A stretch of DNA of 64,000 nt from Bacteroidota bacterium. GTDB lineage: Bacteria > Bacteroidota > Bacteroidia > Flavobacteriales_D > Sanyastnellaceae. Location of the stretch: the NCBI GenBank assembly GCA_036159995.1, contig JAYYEI010000070.1:11928-75927 (forward strand), read 5' to 3'. Below the pieces are notes generated by a model that was not told the origin of the DNA, made no database searches, and saw nothing but the letters and a program-made list of their open reading frames with translations. This document shows, piece by piece, positions 8,597-19,170 of the stretch. The first letter of the stretch is position 1. Each line of letters opens with the position of its first letter. Position numbers and translations under genes: made by a program.

Positions 8597-9347
8597 CCCG
8601 CCCGTTTCCACTTGGACTTGAGACCGATCCAGAACGGCTGAACCCAACGGGCCGGTCCGAAAGGCAGTTCGCTTTGCTTTAAGCGGCGCTCTTCTTCGTA
8701 GAGGGCCAGGGTGAACTGCCGGGATACGCCACCCGCAGCAGCCGTCACCCAGTCCTCGTCCGCTTGCCAATTGGCGTTCACTTTGGCTGACCACAGGCGC
8801 AGGTTGACGGCATAGTCGGCGAGGATGCGGTACTCTTCGGGAAAGCCGCCCAGGTCGCGAAGGAGGTGGGTCGGGTAGGCGATGCCCTGATGATGGGTGG
8901 TGTTGCGCCACAGCAGGGAGCGGTCCCAACGGGCGGGGTAGTGCCGGGACACCTTCGGTTCGGCATCCGGTAGCCGGACGCTTCCAAGTTCCAATTGACC
9001 ACCTTCATCTCCTCCCGCCCAGCGGGCGATGGCGGCGGCGAGGCCCGAGAGCACCCGGTCGCCCGCCCCGAGAAAGAGGATGCGTTGTCCGGTGGCACGC
9101 TCTAGCAGCCGGTTCATGGCGGGATAGATGCCCTCGTCCAGTTCGAAGGCCCACTGTGGAGAGCAGGAGTGGTCGAGGACTTCGGGAGGGAATCCCGAGT
9201 CGTCGGCTTGTCCCACCTGGACCAACACGTCGATGGACAAGCCGCTGCAGTTCCGAGAAATGGAGTCGAGGGTGGCCCGGAGTGCCGCGGCATCACCGGA
9301 ATGGCCGACCGGAATGGCGAGCGTCAGAAGGGGGGCGGAGGTGGCCA

Positions 9348-9348
<1 letters not shown>
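8584..9348 (-). CDS. glycosyltransferase family 2-like protein
   Basis: Start taken at ATG 9348 (MATSAPLLTLAIPV...), overlapping the ftsE stop by 1 nt. Has LTLAIPV, DEGIYPAMN and ILFLGAGD motifs reminiscent of the GT-A fold. Its 3' end overlaps the convergent GT4 gene by 13 nt. Confidence 0.6.
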
Positions 9349-10042
<694 letters not shown>

Positions 10043-10046
<4 letters not shown>

Positions 10047-12118
10047 TCGACGGAGTAGTCGGCTTCGTTGAGTTTGGGGTTCAGCTTGACCTCGGTCATG
10101 GTGATCTTCATCTCCTGACCGCCGGTCTTCATGGTCATTTCCCCTTCGAACTGGAGTCCTTTGGCCTCGACCATGGCCCCGTAATCCATCGTCAGGGTCA
10201 TGTCGCCGCGGGGCGTGCTTTCCGTTCGGACCGTGCGCGTGCGCATGCCGGTCTCCACATTGAACCAGTGGGATTCGGACACGGCGCCGTCCTTGCGGAT
10301 CTCGATGAGGTACTGGGGTTGCTCGTCGATGGGGTCAATGCCGAGCAGTTCGGCGCTGAGGTTGTAGTCGGCGAGGTGGAGGAACTCGAGCAGGTCGTGG
10401 TTCCGACGGGCCTCGAGGATCTTGGCCTCATCCATCGGGGCGACCTGGCCCATGGCGGTCTCGCTGCCCTGCTGGCCGTCGAAACGGGTCTCCTGCATCA
10501 CGCTGCCTCCGGCGGAGATTCGGGTGTATCCTGCTCCTCCGTTCTCATGGGCCTGCTCCATCTGGAGGGCCATTGGACCGGCGGCCATTTCTCCGATCAT
10601 CTGGATGCCCTTGACCTTGGCCAGTTTCTCGGCGCCACCGCGTGCGGCGTAATAGGCGTTGAAGACGTCCTCGGCGGTCATGCCTTCCGGAGCGGGATCG
10701 AGATCCTTGAGCGGCTCACCGAAGGCGTCGAAGAACTCGACTTGGCCCATCGTGGCGAACCGAGCCAGTCCATCCGCGACATCGCGGTTGCCGGCGATGG
10801 TGATGTTCATGTTGTCGGGGCGCAGGTAGGTGCGGGCCACGCGCTGCACGTCTTCGACGGTCACGGCGTCGAGCCGCTCGAGGTAGGTGGCGTAGTAGTC
10901 CTCCGGGAAGCCGTAGCGCTCGATGTTGAGGGCGAAGCGGGACAGGGTCTCGGGACGCTCGAGGGACAGGGCGAAGCTGCCGTTGAGGTAGTTCTTGACG
11001 AACTGGAGCGTGCTGTCCGGGGCGGGGGTCTCGACCATCTTCCGAATCTCGGAGAGGAACTCGACGAGCGAGCTGTCGGTGACTTCGTTGCGGACGCTGG
11101 CCCGCGCGCTGAAGCGGCCGACGAGCTCATCCGGTCCGATGGAGCTGCGGGCACCGTAGGTGTAGCCCTTGTCCTCGCGGAGGTTCTGGTTCAGGCGGCT
11201 GCCGAAGAACCCGCCGAGCATGGTGTTCATCACGCTCACGGCCACGACGTCCGGATGTCCGGGCTTCAGGTAAACGGGGAAGGTGATGTCGATGACGCTT
11301 TGCACGGCGCCGGGAACGGGGGAGAAGCAGACGCGGTTTCCTTTCGGCGGCACCGGGCGGGCGAAGCGGTCGGACTTGACCTCGTTTGGGCGCCATTTTC
11401 CGAAGTACTGCTCGGCCTGCTGACGTGCGGTCTCCGGGGTGATGTCCCCGACGATGACGAGGTAGGCCACATTGGGCTTCCATACGGAGGCGTAGTGGGC
11501 CATCAGGTCCTCCCGGGTGATGGCCGCGACGGTCTTCTCGTTGGAGCTCTCTCCATAGGGGTGCTTCAGGCTGTAGGTCATAGCGCGGGAGAGCCGGCCG
11601 GAGATTTGGTTGGCGTCCGTAGCGCTGCTGGCGAATCCGCTGAGGGTCTGCTTGCGCTCTTTTTCGAGTTCCTCCTCCGGGAAGGTGGGGTTCATGAGGA
11701 TGTCGCTCATCAGCTCGAGCAGGGTTTCGCTGTGCTGGACCAGACAGCGGCCGTTCATGCCGAAGCCCGATGTGCCCAGGCTCGCGCCGATGCGATCCAC
11801 GGCTTCGTCAATTTCGGCCTTGGACCGGGTGGTGGTGCCTTGGCGCATCAGCGAACCAGCCATGCTGGTGTAGCCCGCTTTGGCGCCCTCGAAAATGGGG
11901 TCGACATCGAGGGTCAGGCGGTAGCTCACCCGCGGCAGCTTGTGGTTCTCGACCACGATGAGGGTCAGGCCGTTTTCGAGGGTCTCGACGGAATAGTCAC
12001 CCAGGATGATTTCGGGAGCGGGACCGGGGGCCGGAGCGGCGGAGCGGTCGACCTGGGCCATCAGGGCCGCGGGAATCAGGACCGCCAGGGTCAGAAGGAG
12101 GGAGGCAATGCGGTTCAT
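10043..12118 (-). CDS. M16 family peptidase-like protein, non-catalytic (no HxxEH)
   Basis: 691 aa with signal peptide MNRIASLLLTLAVLIPAALMAQ. M16 N/C domain layout, but the zinc-motif position reads GYTSMAGSLMRQG. Extra C-terminal region of about 200 aa. 4-nt overlap with the upstream M16 gene. Confidence 0.8.
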
Positions 12119-13431
12119 TGTGCGTTCTCGTTCATGAAGTACAGGACGACGCGGCGGTCGTGGCTGTAGTAGTCGTTTGCGGCCTTCTGGATGTCCTCGG
12201 CCGTGACCGCCATGTAGCGGTCGATTTCGTTGTTGATGAGGTTGGCGTCCCCGAAGTACATGTGGTAGTTCGCCAGAGATTCAGCAATGCCGCGCATGGT
12301 GCTGTTGGATTGGACGAATCCGCTTTCGACCTGGTTCTTCAGCTTGTCGAGCTCCGCAGCGCTGATGCCTTCGGACTTGACCCGGTCAATTTCGGCGACC
12401 ATGGCGCCCTCGACCTCCGAGGGGTCGGTGCCGATGTTGGCCACGGCGTACGCGATGGTCTGGCCGGGGTCCTCCAAGCCGAAGCTGAAGGCGCCACAGA
12501 AGACGGCGAGCTCCTGGTCGTCGACCACGGCGCGGTTGAGGCGGCTGGACTGGCCTCCGCTCAGGGCCGTGTTAAGGAGATCGACGGCGTAGTAATCGGG
12601 TGTGCCCTCGGCCGGAATCGGGTAGGCCATGAGCACGAGGGGGAGCTGGTCGTCGCCCCAGATGGTGTCGCGGACCTCGGTCACCTTGTACGGTTCCTCG
12701 ATGGTCGGACGCGGGATGTCCTTGGTCCCCTTCGGCACCGGACCGAAGTAGGACTCGATCATCTTCTTGAGGTCCTTCCGGTTGAAGTCTCCGGCGATGG
12801 AGAGCACGGCATTGTTGGGCACGTAGAACGTCTCATAGAACTCCGTGAACTCAGCATCCTCAGCGGCGTTCAGGTGGTCCATGGAGCCGATGACCGGCCA
12901 GCGGTAGGGGTGTTCGGTGTAGGCGCGCTTCATCGTTTCCTCGATGAGGTTGCCGTAGGGCTGGTTGTCCACCCGTTGGCGGCGCTCCTCCTTCACGACT
13001 TCCCGCTGGGTCTCAATCCCGATCTTTTCGACCCGAGCGTGGAGCATGCGCTCGCTCTCGAGCCAGAGGCCGAGTTCCAGTTGGTTGGAGGGCAGGACCT
13101 CGTAGTAGAAGGTGCGGTCGTTGGACGTGTTGGCGTTGTTCTGACCACCCGCGTTCTGGATGTATTTGAAGAACTCGCCGCGTCCGATGTTCTCGGACCC
13201 TTCGAACAGCAGGTGCTCAAAGAAGTGCGCCATGCCGGTGCGCTCCGGGTTCTCATTCTTGGAGCCCACGTGGTACATCACGGACACTGCCACGATGGGC
13301 GCGCTGTGGTCTTCGTGCAGGATGACGTGGAGCCCATTCTTGAGGTCGTATTCCTCGAATTCGATGGGGGCCCGCTGGGCGGAAAGGGCCCCGAGGACTG
13401 CCGTCAGGCAGAGGGTCAATGTGAATCGCAT
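12115..13431 (-). CDS. M16 family zinc peptidase (insulinase-like, catalytic subunit)
   Basis: 438 aa with signal peptide. Inverted zinc motif GMAHFFEHLLFEGSEN (HxxEH). Confidence 0.9.
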   Translation of the reverse strand: MRFTLTLCLTAVLGALSAQRAPIEFEEYDLKNGLHVILHEDHSAPIVAVSVMYHVGSKNENPERTGMAHFFEHLLFEGSENIGRGEFFKYIQNAGGQNNANTSNDRTFYYEVLPSNQLELGLWLESERMLHARVEKIGIETQREVVKEERRQRVDNQPYGNLIEETMKRAYTEHPYRWPVIGSMDHLNAAEDAEFTEFYETFYVPNNAVLSIAGDFNRKDLKKMIESYFGPVPKGTKDIPRPTIEEPYKVTEVRDTIWGDDQLPLVLMAYPIPAEGTPDYYAVDLLNTALSGGQSSRLNRAVVDDQELAVFCGAFSFGLEDPGQTIAYAVANIGTDPSEVEGAMVAEIDRVKSEGISAAELDKLKNQVESGFVQSNSTMRGIAESLANYHMYFGDANLINNEIDRYMAVTAEDIQKAANDYYSHDRRVVLYFMNENAQ

Positions 13432-13477
13432 GGTCCGGTATTCGGATTGGGATGGGAAAGATAGCCTCCGCCTCGGG

Positions 13478-13485
13478 TAAATTCG
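13478..13485 (+). promoter_or_regulatory. putative -7 promoter box TAAATTCG for hutH
   Basis: Exact match, 8 nt before ATG 13494. It lies inside the longer ORF-track extension. Confidence 0.45.
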
Positions 13486-13493
13486 TGGCCACC

Positions 13494-14984
13494 ATGGACC
13501 ACCGCCTTGACCCCGGTTCCCAAAGTTGGGACGACCTGAAGTCCCTCTATGCCGCGCCGCGCATCGCCCTGTCCGACGAGGCTTCAGCCAACGTCGCCCG
13601 TGCCCACGATTTCCTGCAGGAGGTGGTGGCCTCGGGCCGCACGGTCTATGGGGTCAACACGGGCTTTGGCCAGCTGGCGCACGTCCGGGTTGGGGAGGAT
13701 GAGCTGCATCAGCTGCAGGACAACATTCTTCGCAGCCACGCCGCCGGCCTCGGCACACCTCTTCCCCCGAAGGTGGTGCGCTGGATGCTCCTGTTCAAGG
13801 TGTGCGGCCTCATTCGAGGTCACAGCGGCGTGCAGCCGCAAACGGTGGATCGGCTCGTCGATTTCTTCAACGAAGGACTGATGCCGGTGGTGCCGCGTCA
13901 GGGGTCCCTCGGAGCCAGTGGTGACCTGGCGCCGCTGAGCCACATGTGCCTGCCGCTGCTCGGTGAAGGTGAACTCATGGAGCGGGAGACCGACGGACAG
14001 TGGACCACGCGCCCCGCAGCCGAGGTGCTGAAGGAGAAGGGGTGGAGCCCGATTTCGCTTGGCCCAAAGGAGGGGCTGGCCCTGATCAATGGCACCCAGA
14101 TGATGTCGGCCCTGCTGGCCCATGGGCTCGAGCAACTCGAATCCCTCTGGGAGCAGGCCCATGGCGTTGCGAGCCTGAGCCTCGCTGCGTTTGAAGGCCT
14201 CGACGCTCCGTTCCACCCGGCGGTCCACGACCTGCGCCAGCATGGTGGCCAACAGGCCAGTGCAGCCGCGATGCGTCATTGGATTGAGGGGGCTGCTTTC
14301 CTGCGCGAGACCCATGAATGGGTGCAGGATCCGTATAGCTTCCGGTGCATCCCGCAGGTCTATGGCGCCGTTCGCAAGGCGATGGACCTCGGCATCGAGA
14401 CCCTTGAGGGGGAAGCCACCGCCGTCACCGACAATCCCATTCTGCTGCCGGAGACCGGCGAGGTCATCAGTGCGGGCAACTTCCACGGGGAGCCACTCGC
14501 CGTGATCCTGGACCACCTCAAGGTGGCGGCCAGCGAGCTGGGCACCATGTCCGAGCGCCGCATCTTCAAGCTGTTGAGCGGCACGCGGGGCTTGCCGCCC
14601 TTCCTGGCGACGGATCCCGGTCTCGACAGTGGGCTCATGATTGTCCAGTACACGGCGGCGAGCATTGTCGCCCGCAACAAGATGCGCGCCATGCCAGCCA
14701 GCGTGGACACCATCGACAGCAGCAATGGTCAGGAGGACCATGTGAGCATGGGCGCCAATGCCGGACTCCAGATGCTGGCCGTGATCGAGGGCACCCGCGA
14801 AATCCTCGCTTCCGAGCTCTTGACGGCGAGTCAGGCGCTGCACTTCCGTCCCGAACCTGGCCTGTCGAATCGCCAATCCGAGTGGCTGAAGGCCTTCCGC
14901 ATGGAGGTTCCTCCACAGGATGGGGATGTGGAACAGTCTTCGAGAATGCGAGCGGCGGTCCGATTCCTTGCGCACAAGGCCTGA
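13494..14984 (+). CDS. hutH: histidine ammonia-lyase
   Basis: GSLGASGDLAPLSH (Ala-Ser-Gly MIO-forming triad) and overall HAL/PAL family layout. Start moved from 13452 to ATG 13494 because a -7 box lies at 13478-13485. Confidence 0.92.
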   Translation: MDHRLDPGSQSWDDLKSLYAAPRIALSDEASANVARAHDFLQEVVASGRTVYGVNTGFGQLAHVRVGEDELHQLQDNILRSHAAGLGTPLPPKVVRWMLLFKVCGLIRGHSGVQPQTVDRLVDFFNEGLMPVVPRQGSLGASGDLAPLSHMCLPLLGEGELMERETDGQWTTRPAAEVLKEKGWSPISLGPKEGLALINGTQMMSALLAHGLEQLESLWEQAHGVASLSLAAFEGLDAPFHPAVHDLRQHGGQQASAAAMRHWIEGAAFLRETHEWVQDPYSFRCIPQVYGAVRKAMDLGIETLEGEATAVTDNPILLPETGEVISAGNFHGEPLAVILDHLKVAASELGTMSERRIFKLLSGTRGLPPFLATDPGLDSGLMIVQYTAASIVARNKMRAMPASVDTIDSSNGQEDHVSMGANAGLQMLAVIEGTREILASELLTASQALHFRPEPGLSNRQSEWLKAFRMEVPPQDGDVEQSSRMRAAVRFLAHKA

Positions 14985-15000
14985 TGGATTATCGAGCCTT

Positions 15001-15024
15001 GGCGGCATAGATGAGTATGCCGTC
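15001..15024 (+). terminator. possible terminator hairpin after hutH
   Basis: GGCGGCATA-GATGAG-TATGCCGTC. 9-bp stem with one G-U pair, followed by the T-containing TAATTATC. Starts 17 nt after the hutH stop. Confidence 0.35.
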
Positions 15025-15085
15025 TAATTATCGAAAGGCCACGGGGTGTGTTGTGGTACTTTGACAAGACCAAAACCTTCTTGTC

Positions 15086-15883
15086 ATGCGGCCGGCTTGT
15101 CTTTTCGTTATCCTGTGTCTGTCAACCGGACTCTGCGCGTCCACTCCCGTTGTGGCCGTCTTGCCAGTTGAGCCGCCGGTTCCGGTCGATTGTTCATCCA
15201 TCATCGACTTTCTCGACGATGAAGTCATGGCGCTCAGTCACACGGCGTCGTTCGGTGAGACTTGTGTGACCATTGAAACACTGGTTCATTTCGGGACGGA
15301 CGGAATGGCCGATGAGCTGGACCTTGAGGGCAATGTGCTCGGGACCTTTGCTTACACCGTAACGGAGGTGGATGGCCAATGCGCTCTGGCCTCGACTGCG
15401 TCGGATTGTGGGGTGCAGTTGCTCTCTTTCAATGGCGATGAGTCCGCAATGATCATGTCGCTCAATGGTGCTGAGGCCACACTGACTCCGACCTACTGCC
15501 CCTTTGCCCCCGAGTTGGGCGATGTGTCCGTGACCTCCGGTGCGACGGCCTTGGCCAACGCGGACGGTGTCTTGTCTGTGCAGATCACCGGCGGCACGCC
15601 CATTTCCATCGAATTGTCCGGCATCAATGGGAGCCAGGACCAATCGTTTCCACTGCCGGGCGACGTGGACGGTGTGCTCGCCGGCTACTACAACGTGACG
15701 GCCCTGGACGCGGACGACTGTGAGAGTGAGGCGGTCACGGTGATGGTGTCCTACGACCTCTGCTGCGACTGCGGTGTGAGCGATACGGACACCGACGGCA
15801 TTTGCGACGATGCGGACAACTGCACCGACAAGTCGGCCTCCAATTACGCCGACCCCGCCAATACTCCCTGCATCACGGATTGA
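15086..15883 (+). CDS. secreted Cys-rich protein with SprB-type repeat, TSP3-like Ca-binding repeat and NY..P module
   Basis: 265 aa. Signal peptide MRPACLFVILCLSTGLCAS. GVLSVQITGGTPISIELSG...LAGYYNVTALDADDCES resembles SprB repeats. DTDTDGICDDADNC resembles a thrombospondin type 3 repeat. Confidence 0.7.
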   Translation: MRPACLFVILCLSTGLCASTPVVAVLPVEPPVPVDCSSIIDFLDDEVMALSHTASFGETCVTIETLVHFGTDGMADELDLEGNVLGTFAYTVTEVDGQCALASTASDCGVQLLSFNGDESAMIMSLNGAEATLTPTYCPFAPELGDVSVTSGATALANADGVLSVQITGGTPISIELSGINGSQDQSFPLPGDVDGVLAGYYNVTALDADDCESEAVTVMVSYDLCCDCGVSDTDTDGICDDADNCTDKSASNYADPANTPCITD

Positions 15884-15937
15884 CCCTGGTTGTGGATTGT
15901 CGGGAAACCGGCGCTCTCCACCGCTTGAGGCAGACAT

Positions 15938-15945
15938 TACCTTCG
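15938..15945 (+). promoter_or_regulatory. putative -7 promoter box TACCTTCG for the ABC exporter operon
   Basis: Exact match, 4 nt (cggc) before ATG 15950. Confidence 0.45.
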
Positions 15946-15949
15946 CGGC

Positions 15950-16669
15950 ATGCTCGCGTTGCGTGGAATTGAGAAGGCGTATCCCCTGGCGGGAGGGACG
16001 TTGCCCGTGCTGAAAGGGATCGACCTCAGCATCGAGCAGGGCGAGATGGTCGCCATCATGGGGTCTTCGGGTTCTGGGAAATCCACATTGCTCAATGTGC
16101 TCGGCCTGCTTGATGGGTTTGATTCCGGTGGATACGACCTCGACGGGGTGGACATGTCCGGACTGTCCGAAAAGCAAGCAGCACGGTACCGCAGCCAATT
16201 CCTCGGGTTTGTCTTCCAGTCGTTCAATCTGATCTCGTTCAAGACGGCGCTGGAGAATGTGGCGTTGCCGCTGTTTTACCAGAAGGTGCCGCGCCGCGAG
16301 CGTCAGAAGCGGGCGTTGGAGATGCTGGGTAAGATGGGCATGGACGACCGCGCCGATCACCTTCCGTCCGAATTGTCCGGTGGACAAAAGCAGCGTGTGG
16401 CCATTGCCCGGGCCCTTATCACGTCGCCGCGGGTCATTCTGGCCGACGAGCCGACGGGGGCGCTGGACAGTGCAACGTCTTCGGAGGTGATGTCGGTGTT
16501 GCGGGAGGTCAACGCGTCCGGGATCACCGTGATCATCGTGACCCACGAGGCGGACATCGCCGCCAAATGCGACCGCACCATTCGCTTGCACGACGGGGTC
16601 ATCATCGAGGATGGCCGCAGCGGGGCGGTTGTCGAACCCACGGCCAACGGCGCCGGTTCTTCTGATTGA
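15950..16669 (+). CDS. ABC transporter ATP-binding protein (MacB/LolD-type)
   Basis: 239 aa. Walker A GSSGSGKST, signature LSGGQKQRVAIARAL, Walker B ILADEPTGALD. Confidence 0.92.
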   Translation: MLALRGIEKAYPLAGGTLPVLKGIDLSIEQGEMVAIMGSSGSGKSTLLNVLGLLDGFDSGGYDLDGVDMSGLSEKQAARYRSQFLGFVFQSFNLISFKTALENVALPLFYQKVPRRERQKRALEMLGKMGMDDRADHLPSELSGGQKQRVAIARALITSPRVILADEPTGALDSATSSEVMSVLREVNASGITVIIVTHEADIAAKCDRTIRLHDGVIIEDGRSGAVVEPTANGAGSSD

Positions 16670-17892
16670 TGTTCAACCGCGAGACCTGGATCGAGATTGC
16701 CCACACGGTAACCGCCAATCCCCTGCGGACGGCGCTGACCGGGTTGTCGGTGGGACTCGGCATCTTCATCCTCGTGGTGATGCAGGGCCTCGGCTTCGGC
16801 CTGCAGAACGGGGTGGAACAGGACTTCGCCGACGAGGCCAAAAACACCATCTGGGTGCGGACGGGCACGACGACGTTGGCTTACCGCGGGCGCCAACCCA
16901 ACCGCTACATCGAGCTCCGGGATGAAGACGAGGAGCGGGTGACGGAGCAAGTCGTCGAGACTCCGGCCGCGTCCGGCCGCCTGAGCATGTGGGGGTCGAC
17001 CGTCCAGTACAAGAACGAGCAGGGCAACTATCCACTGATGGGGGTGGAGCCTGATTTTGCTGAACTCGACCTCATCCCTTTGCAGGGAGGACGCTGGCTG
17101 CACCAGGACGACGTGGAGAAGGAGTCCAAGGTCTGTGTCATCGGGGAGAACGTCATCAACGAGCTGTTCAAGCAGCGGTCGCCCATCGGGGAGTACATCA
17201 TCCTCCGGGGCATCACCTTCCGCGTGGTCGGGCACTTCACGAAGAATGGGCGCTGGGGCAACAGCATGGTCTACATCCCGATGACCACCATGCAGCGCTT
17301 GTTTCAGGGCAACGACGCCATCGGCTCGATGGTGCTGTCCACGGGAGACCGGGACCTGGCGGGCTCCACGGCTATGGTCGACGCCATCGACGGGGATCTG
17401 CGCTTGCGGCATGCGGTGCACCCCGAGGACCAACGCGCCGTGCGGGTCCGGGACAATCAAGAGGAGTACGCCATGTTTGACCGGATTTTCAAGGGCATCC
17501 GGCTCTTCATCTGGGTCATCGGTGGCTTCACGCTGCTCGCGGGGGCCATCGGGGTGGCCAACATCATGGCGATTGTGGTCAAGGAGCGCACCGTGGAGAT
17601 CGGGGTGCGCAAAGCATTGGGCGCGACGTCCGGAAGCATCTTGTCTCTGATCGTCATCGAGGCCATCTGCCTCACGCTCATTTCTGGTGCCCTCGGCCTG
17701 ATCGCGGGTGTAGCGACGCTGAACTATGCGGCGCCCTATGCCCAGCACGATTACTTCACCAATCCAGAAGTCAACCTGCGGGTGACGGTGACGGCCCTGA
17801 TTGTCCTGGTGTTGTCCGGCGCCTTGAGTGGGTTGGTTCCCGCGTTGCGGGCGGTCCGCATCCGTCCCATTGAAGCCCTCCGCTACGAATGA
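16666..17892 (+). CDS. ABC transporter permease (FtsX/MacB-type, periplasmic core domain)
   Basis: 408 aa. TM1, a large periplasmic domain, then three C-terminal TMs with the KERTVEIGVRKALGA motif. 4-nt overlap with the ATPase gene. Confidence 0.88.
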   Translation: MMFNRETWIEIAHTVTANPLRTALTGLSVGLGIFILVVMQGLGFGLQNGVEQDFADEAKNTIWVRTGTTTLAYRGRQPNRYIELRDEDEERVTEQVVETPAASGRLSMWGSTVQYKNEQGNYPLMGVEPDFAELDLIPLQGGRWLHQDDVEKESKVCVIGENVINELFKQRSPIGEYIILRGITFRVVGHFTKNGRWGNSMVYIPMTTMQRLFQGNDAIGSMVLSTGDRDLAGSTAMVDAIDGDLRLRHAVHPEDQRAVRVRDNQEEYAMFDRIFKGIRLFIWVIGGFTLLAGAIGVANIMAIVVKERTVEIGVRKALGATSGSILSLIVIEAICLTLISGALGLIAGVATLNYAAPYAQHDYFTNPEVNLRVTVTALIVLVLSGALSGLVPALRAVRIRPIEALRYE

Positions 17893-19157
17893 TGGGACTC
17901 GACCGCGACCGGCTGATTGAACTCGTCCAGGTGGTCGTGCGGAATCCCCTGCGCGCGTTCCTCTCCGCGCTGGGCGTGGGGTGGGGCCTGTTCATGATCA
18001 TCATCACGGTGGGCGCGGCCCGCGGTCTCGAGAACGGGGTGAAGGCGGACATGGGCAACGACGTGGCCAACAGCATGTTCGCCTGGACCATGAGCACGAG
18101 CATTCCGTACAAGGGATACCAACGCGGCCGTTGGCTCGAGCTCGACATTGACGATGTCAAGTGGCTGGAGGCCAACACGCAACACCTCGACCTAGTTTGT
18201 CCGGAAATTCAGCTGGGCGGATGGCAGGGCACCAACAACGTCATCCACGGCAAGCAGAGCGGGGCCTTCGACGTCAGTGGTGCCATCGCGCGGTACCAGG
18301 AGGTCAAGCCGATGAACATCACCAGTGGTCGGTTCCTCAACCAGGCCGACCTCGACGCGGAGCGCAAGGTCTGTGTGATCGGGAGTCGAGTGCAGGACAT
18401 CCTGTTCGAATTCGGTGAGAATCCGCTCGGGGAGACTGTCCAGATTCAAGGCGTGCTGTTCCGTGTGGTCGGGGTCTACACGCCGAAGGGCAACGACGAG
18501 GACGCGCAGAATGAGGCGGAGAGCATCTACATCCCGTTCACCACGTTTGGCAAGGCGTTCAACACCCGGGACCGGGTGGGCTGGCTGTCCATGTTGATCA
18601 AGAACGGCGTGGATGCCGAGGAGGCCGAGGAAGCCACGAAGCAGCTCATCAAGTCGCGGCTCAGTGTCCACCCGGACGATCCCCGGGCCATCGGCTGCTG
18701 GTCCATGGCGGAGGAGTTCCAGAAAGCGGAACTGCTGTTTTCTGGCATGCGCTTGATCTCGCTGCTGTTCGGCTCGCTGGCACTGCTGGCCGGAGTCATC
18801 GGCATCACGAACATCATGCTGATCTCCATCAAGGAGCGGACGAAGGAGCTCGGCATCCGCCGGAGCTTGGGGGCCACGCCCATTCGCATCCTTCGGCAGA
18901 TCATCGGGGAGACCCTGTTTCTCACCTTGCTTGCCGGCCTCTGCGGCCTGGTGCTGGGCGTCGGACTGCTGGAGGCGGTCGACGGCTACCTCGAGGGCGG
19001 GGGAGACGCCGGGGTTTTCCGCCATCCTGAAATCGATTTTGGAACCGTCCTCACCGTGTTGTGCATCCTCCTTGGGATGGCCATCTTCGCGGGCATCCTG
19101 CCTGCTCTGCGGGCGCTGGCCATCAAGCCGGTGGAAGCCCTGCGCTCGGAAGGATGA
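17889..19157 (+). CDS. ABC transporter permease (FtsX/MacB-type), paralogue of the preceding gene
   Basis: 422 aa with the same topology. Motif KERTKELGIRRSLGA. 4-nt overlap with the upstream permease. Confidence 0.88.
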   Translation: MMGLDRDRLIELVQVVVRNPLRAFLSALGVGWGLFMIIITVGAARGLENGVKADMGNDVANSMFAWTMSTSIPYKGYQRGRWLELDIDDVKWLEANTQHLDLVCPEIQLGGWQGTNNVIHGKQSGAFDVSGAIARYQEVKPMNITSGRFLNQADLDAERKVCVIGSRVQDILFEFGENPLGETVQIQGVLFRVVGVYTPKGNDEDAQNEAESIYIPFTTFGKAFNTRDRVGWLSMLIKNGVDAEEAEEATKQLIKSRLSVHPDDPRAIGCWSMAEEFQKAELLFSGMRLISLLFGSLALLAGVIGITNIMLISIKERTKELGIRRSLGATPIRILRQIIGETLFLTLLAGLCGLVLGVGLLEAVDGYLEGGGDAGVFRHPEIDFGTVLTVLCILLGMAIFAGILPALRALAIKPVEALRSEG

Positions 19158-19170
19158 TTGAACCTGCATC

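Noticed and set aside
10268-13464. 633-aa and 448-aa plus-strand ORFs antisense to the two M16 peptidase genes
   Set aside because: The minus-strand products have a clear signal peptide, the HxxEH motif and the M16 domain layout. The antisense translations are low-complexity (G/V/A/E/D runs).
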